Assembly: GCA_041660305.1 (NCBI GenBank)
Contig: JBAZWO010000001.1
Span: 43,969 to 107,968 of the forward strand
Length of the DNA stretch: 64,000 bases
Direction of reading: 5' to 3'
Source: Patescibacteria group bacterium
GTDB lineage: Bacteria > Patescibacteriota > Patescibacteriia > UBA9570
Position numbers and translations under genes: made by a program. Position 1 is the stretch's first letter, and the number at the start of each line of letters is the position of its first letter. The notes below the pieces were generated by a model. It was not told the DNA's origin. It worked only from the letters and a program-made list of their open reading frames with translations, and searched no databases. This document shows, piece by piece, positions 61,078 through 64,000 of this stretch.

Positions 61078-62433
61078 ATGTCTAACTCCAGCACAACCCC
61101 AATCGTAGCCATTGTTGGCCGCACTAATGTTGGTAAATCCACTTTATTTAACCGCCTAACGGAAACTGACAAAGCGATTATTTCCCCTATCGAAAATACT
61201 ACGCGTGATCAAAATCGCGGCAAAATTCATTGGAAAGGCTACATGTGCGAAGTAATTGATACTGGTGGTTTAGACACCGCCACGCAAGATTCGCTTGGCG
61301 CCGCTATTAAAGATCAAGTCCAAAAAGCTATACAAGTAGCTGATGTAATTTTATTTGTAGTAGATGGTAAAACTGATTTAATGCCACAAGATAAACAAAT
61401 CAGCCAATTGCTACGCAACACTAAGAAACCAATTGTATTGTGCATTAATAAAATTGAACGACATAATACTAGTGCTGTAGCGTTAGCTAATTACGCTAAA
61501 CTGCCTTACTCAGGAATTACTTGCTCAGCTAAAAACGGTTCTGGCACCGCTGAATTATTAGACACTTTATTTGAACTTTTACCAAAAATAGCTAGTATCA
61601 CTAGCCAGACTAATTCTATTTTGTTAACCCTGGTAGGCCGGCCGAATGTTGGAAAATCATCGTTATTTAACGCGTTAATCGGCGAAGATCGAGTAATTGT
61701 TAACGAACAAGCTCATACCACGCGCGATATTAACGACACGGAGATTATTTATAAAGATCAACCGTTTACTATTTTGGATACGGCCGGAATTCGTAAACAC
61801 AGTAATATGGGCAAAGCGACAGATTTTGTAATTGAAAAACGCAGTGTCCGAGCCGCGTTGGATTCCATCACCAAAGCTGATATAGTAATTTTACTATTAG
61901 AAGCCCAGTTACGCGTTAGCGCTCAAGACAAAACTCTGGTAGATTATGCCAACCGTAAAGGTAAAAGTGTAATTATCGCCATAAATAAATGGGATTTAGT
62001 GCCAGATAAAACGCCTAGCACGATTAATGCTTACCGAAAATATTTTGCGCACAATATTAACTTTGCCGATCATCTACCAATTATTTTTATTTCCGCTCAA
62101 CAAAAACAACGCATTACGCAAATATTAGACGAAGCTATTAATGTATATAAAAATCGTTTTCGAACTATTCCACAAGATACTTTAAATGATATTTTATTTC
62201 GTATTCAAGAACGTGGTCCAAAACAAAAACAAGTAATCACGTTTGGTCAAACGAAAAAACCGTTGTTATTAAAATCGCTCGATCAAAGTAATGTAAACCC
62301 ACCCACGTTTCGTTTAGTAACTACTAACCCAAAAAATGTTGCCCCCGCTATTATTAATCAACTCGAGCGTGATTTACGTTACACTTGCAATTTTGAAGGT
62401 GTGCCAATTATGATAAACGTGAGAAATTCGTAG
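61078..62433 (+). CDS. der: ribosome-associated GTPase Der/EngA
   Basis: Two G domains (GRTNVGKSTLFN...DTGG...NK.E and GRPNVGKSSLFN...DTAG...NKWD) plus a KH-like C-terminus. Confidence 0.9.
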   Translation: MSNSSTTPIVAIVGRTNVGKSTLFNRLTETDKAIISPIENTTRDQNRGKIHWKGYMCEVIDTGGLDTATQDSLGAAIKDQVQKAIQVADVILFVVDGKTDLMPQDKQISQLLRNTKKPIVLCINKIERHNTSAVALANYAKLPYSGITCSAKNGSGTAELLDTLFELLPKIASITSQTNSILLTLVGRPNVGKSSLFNALIGEDRVIVNEQAHTTRDINDTEIIYKDQPFTILDTAGIRKHSNMGKATDFVIEKRSVRAALDSITKADIVILLLEAQLRVSAQDKTLVDYANRKGKSVIIAINKWDLVPDKTPSTINAYRKYFAHNINFADHLPIIFISAQQKQRITQILDEAINVYKNRFRTIPQDTLNDILFRIQERGPKQKQVITFGQTKKPLLLKSLDQSNVNPPTFRLVTTNPKNVAPAIINQLERDLRYTCNFEGVPIMINVRNS

Positions 62434-62553
62434 ACCTCTATCCCCCCAACCCCTCCCTCCTCTAAATAACCTACCTCACCCCCTAACCCCCTCTCCTCAA
62501 TGAACATCCTACCTCTCTCCCCCAACCCCTCCCTCCTCTCAGGAGGGAGGGGA
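62433..62553. repeat. composite GC-rich hairpin element (locus 9)
   Basis: Three CTACCTC-type ends precede CCCCTCCCTCC-tctc-AGGAGGGAGGGG. The spurious ORF 62379..62570 is its translation. Confidence 0.85.
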
Positions 62554-62583
62554 GAAATAAAATAAATCATTTAAAAAATTTTT

Positions 62584-63096
62584 ATGAAATTAATCGTTGG
62601 CCTGGGTAACCCGGGCAAACAATATGAAAAAACTAGACACAATATTGGATTTAGGGTATTAGATGAGATTTGTGATAACTGGACGTTACAAAAATCATGT
62701 CAGGCATTGATTTGTAAAAATGATACGATAATATACGCCAAACCACAAACATTTATGAATTTGTCTGGCTTAGCCGTAAAAAAATTGTGGCAGTTTTATA
62801 AAATTGAAATTAAAGATATTTTAGTGGTATACGATGATAAAGATTTACCATTTGGTAAATTACGTTTTCGCACTAAAGGCTCTTCCGGCGGTCATAATGG
62901 CATGAATTCTATCATTGCCGAATTAGGCACTAGTGAATTCCCAAGATTACGCATTGGCATTGCTCCCACAGATTCACAAACAATTATTCATGACACAGCT
63001 GATTATGTGTTGGCTAAATTTAGTAAAGAAGAAGAAAAATTATTACCGGAAATAATTAATACTCATATCATTGCGTCATTACTAGAAAATTCTTAG
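62584..63096 (+). CDS. pth: peptidyl-tRNA hydrolase
   Basis: Has MKLIVGLGNPG..Y..TRHNIGF, DD.DLPFGK.R....GS.GGHNG and R.RIGI. Confidence 0.9.
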   Translation: MKLIVGLGNPGKQYEKTRHNIGFRVLDEICDNWTLQKSCQALICKNDTIIYAKPQTFMNLSGLAVKKLWQFYKIEIKDILVVYDDKDLPFGKLRFRTKGSSGGHNGMNSIIAELGTSEFPRLRIGIAPTDSQTIIHDTADYVLAKFSKEEEKLLPEIINTHIIASLLENS

Positions 63097-63435
63097 GTTT
63101 AATAATAATTATATTAGAAATATTTTTTAAATCTAATAAATCTTTATCACCACTAATAATATATTGAGCTTTTCCAGCTAACGCACAATGAATAAACATA
63201 TCATCAAAAGAATCCCGACAAAATCTTTTAGTATGTTTAGATAAAATATTTTCCATTTATTTACAATGGCATTAGTTGGATCCATGCGCTCTAGTAATAA
63301 AAAATATTCATGCAATATTTTATCTGTTACTAAAACCTCTATTTTTTTGTTAGCCCATAATTCTAATATTTGAGCAGGAGCACCCTTCCAAAATATTCCA
63401 GAAATAATAACATTAGTATCAAGTACTACTCGCAT
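63068..63435 (-). pseudogene. PIN-domain toxin gene split by one frameshift
   Basis: 63178..63435 encodes MRVVLDTNVIISGIFWKG.P..IL.... 63068..63256, in another frame, encodes the C-terminal ..DSFDDMFIHCALAGKAQYIISGDKDLLDL... Together they give a full PIN (TIGR00305-like) layout. Confidence 0.6.
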
Positions 63436-63697
63436 AACGCGTTTGTTTAATTAACTTGGAAACATGTTTAGCCTGTAAAAAATGTTGCTTAGCAAATTTT
63501 TGACTCGCTTGAATTAAATTTTTAAATTCTGTTAAACGTTCATTGGGTAAAGGTTTTAATAACACATTATTACCATCCGTAAATACAAACATTTTAGTGC
63601 CAGTATTTACTCCTAACACTTTTCTAATTGCTTCTGGAATAACTACTTGTCCTCTAGAGGATACGCTAGTAATGTCCATGCGATTAATATTGGCCAT
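63419..63697 (-). CDS. AbrB/MazE/SpoVT-family antitoxin
   Basis: Reads VSSRGQVVIPEAIRKVLGV..GTKM.VFTDGN.VLLKP. It overlaps the PIN gene start by 17 nt. Confidence 0.75.
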   Translation of the reverse strand: MANINRMDITSVSSRGQVVIPEAIRKVLGVNTGTKMFVFTDGNNVLLKPLPNERLTEFKNLIQASQKFAKQHFLQAKHVSKLIKQTRYASST

Positions 63698-64000
63698 AAT
63701 ATTAATTTTTAATAGTAAGATAATCTTACTTTATATTACTCTCAATTTATATTATTGTCAATTCAAAACTAAAAAACACCTATTTAACTAACTGTATAGG
63801 TGAAACCAAAAGGCTTACTTAACTACCCTAGAACAACTAAGGAGGAGTCGTTGTTTTAGAGTAAACCCATACAGCTAGATAGCTAGGTGCTTTTTGCGCG
63901 ACCATACTATCAAATACCAAAAACCTTGTCAAGCCCATAATAATCTGCTAATTTTAGGCCTGTGCCATACTTTCGCACACTCACTGAAATTAGCTATGAA

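Noticed and set aside
12684-62553. Possibility that the recurring GC-rich repeats form a CRISPR array
   Set aside because: The copies are kilobases apart, occur in both orientations and differ in length and composition. They are not interspersed with uniform spacers. No cas genes are present in the window.
62379-62570. 63-aa ORF (and likewise 18661..18990, the false N-terminus of 36765..37436, and the first 26 codons of 33262..34656)
   Set aside because: These are translations of the GC-rich hairpin elements or of the glnA leader RNA. The peptides are Gly/Glu/Arg or Pro/Leu/Ser runs that mirror the repeat sequence.
63780-63900. Possible cis-regulatory RNA after the AbrB gene: outer pairing CTGTATAGG...CCCATACAG, and an inner hairpin AACAAC-uaAGGAGGaguc-GUUGUU that sequesters an SD-like sequence, with faint resemblance to a preQ1-type tail (CCCUAGAACAACUAAGGAGG)
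   Set aside because: No start codon follows the SD-like sequence; TTG TTT TAG stops at once. The loop is too long for a preQ1-I aptamer, and the downstream gene lies outside the window. There is not enough evidence to call it.

Overview
This is an AT-rich bacterial chromosome segment. Single 60-nt lines range from about 13% to about 62% GC by hand count. Its gene content and style resemble a reduced-genome Patescibacteria/CPR-type organism; that placement is an inference. RF2 is present and TGA is used as a stop, so the standard code applies. All family calls come from motifs read in the supplied translations. No database search was possible.

Housekeeping genes:
- ftsA-ftsZ, and the run rpsU-yqeY ... 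ybeY-dgkA
- hisS, lepB, der, pth, prfB, mutM
- rpmG, which is missing from the ORF track, flanked by tRNA-Thr(UGU) and tRNA-Trp(CCA)
- a UvrD-type helicase fused to a PD-(D/E)XK nuclease

Regulated operons:
- a folate operon: PTPS/QueD-like, folK, folE, folP
- a TPP-riboswitch-controlled thiamine ABC importer (thiBPQ)
- two tandem GAF-ANTAR regulators followed by an ANTAR-type dual hexaloop hairpin and terminator in front of glnA
- a B12-centred nrdR-cobO-nrdJ operon with two NrdR boxes
- a canonical T-box leader in front of an AsnRS-like catalytic-core paralog

Accessory or unusual content:
- A 2512-aa cysteine-rich surface giant and two thrombospondin-type-3/Asn-rich proteins sit inside the rpsU...ybeY operon.
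- A compositionally foreign GC-rich block lies beside an extremely AT-rich AbiJ-like gene that abuts tRNA-Trp.
- A sortase is paired with an ice-binding-like substrate that carries an FPDTG sorting signal.
- There are three RhuM copies with associated duplications.
- The toxin genes are decayed: a MazF-like gene and a PIN gene next to an intact AbrB-type antitoxin.
- A dispersed family of GC-rich polypyrimidine/polypurine hairpin elements occurs at 9 or more loci.
- A 28-nt perfect palindrome occurs once inside folP and once in the thiB leader.

No CRISPR array, rRNA gene, transposase, integrase or reverse transcriptase was seen.
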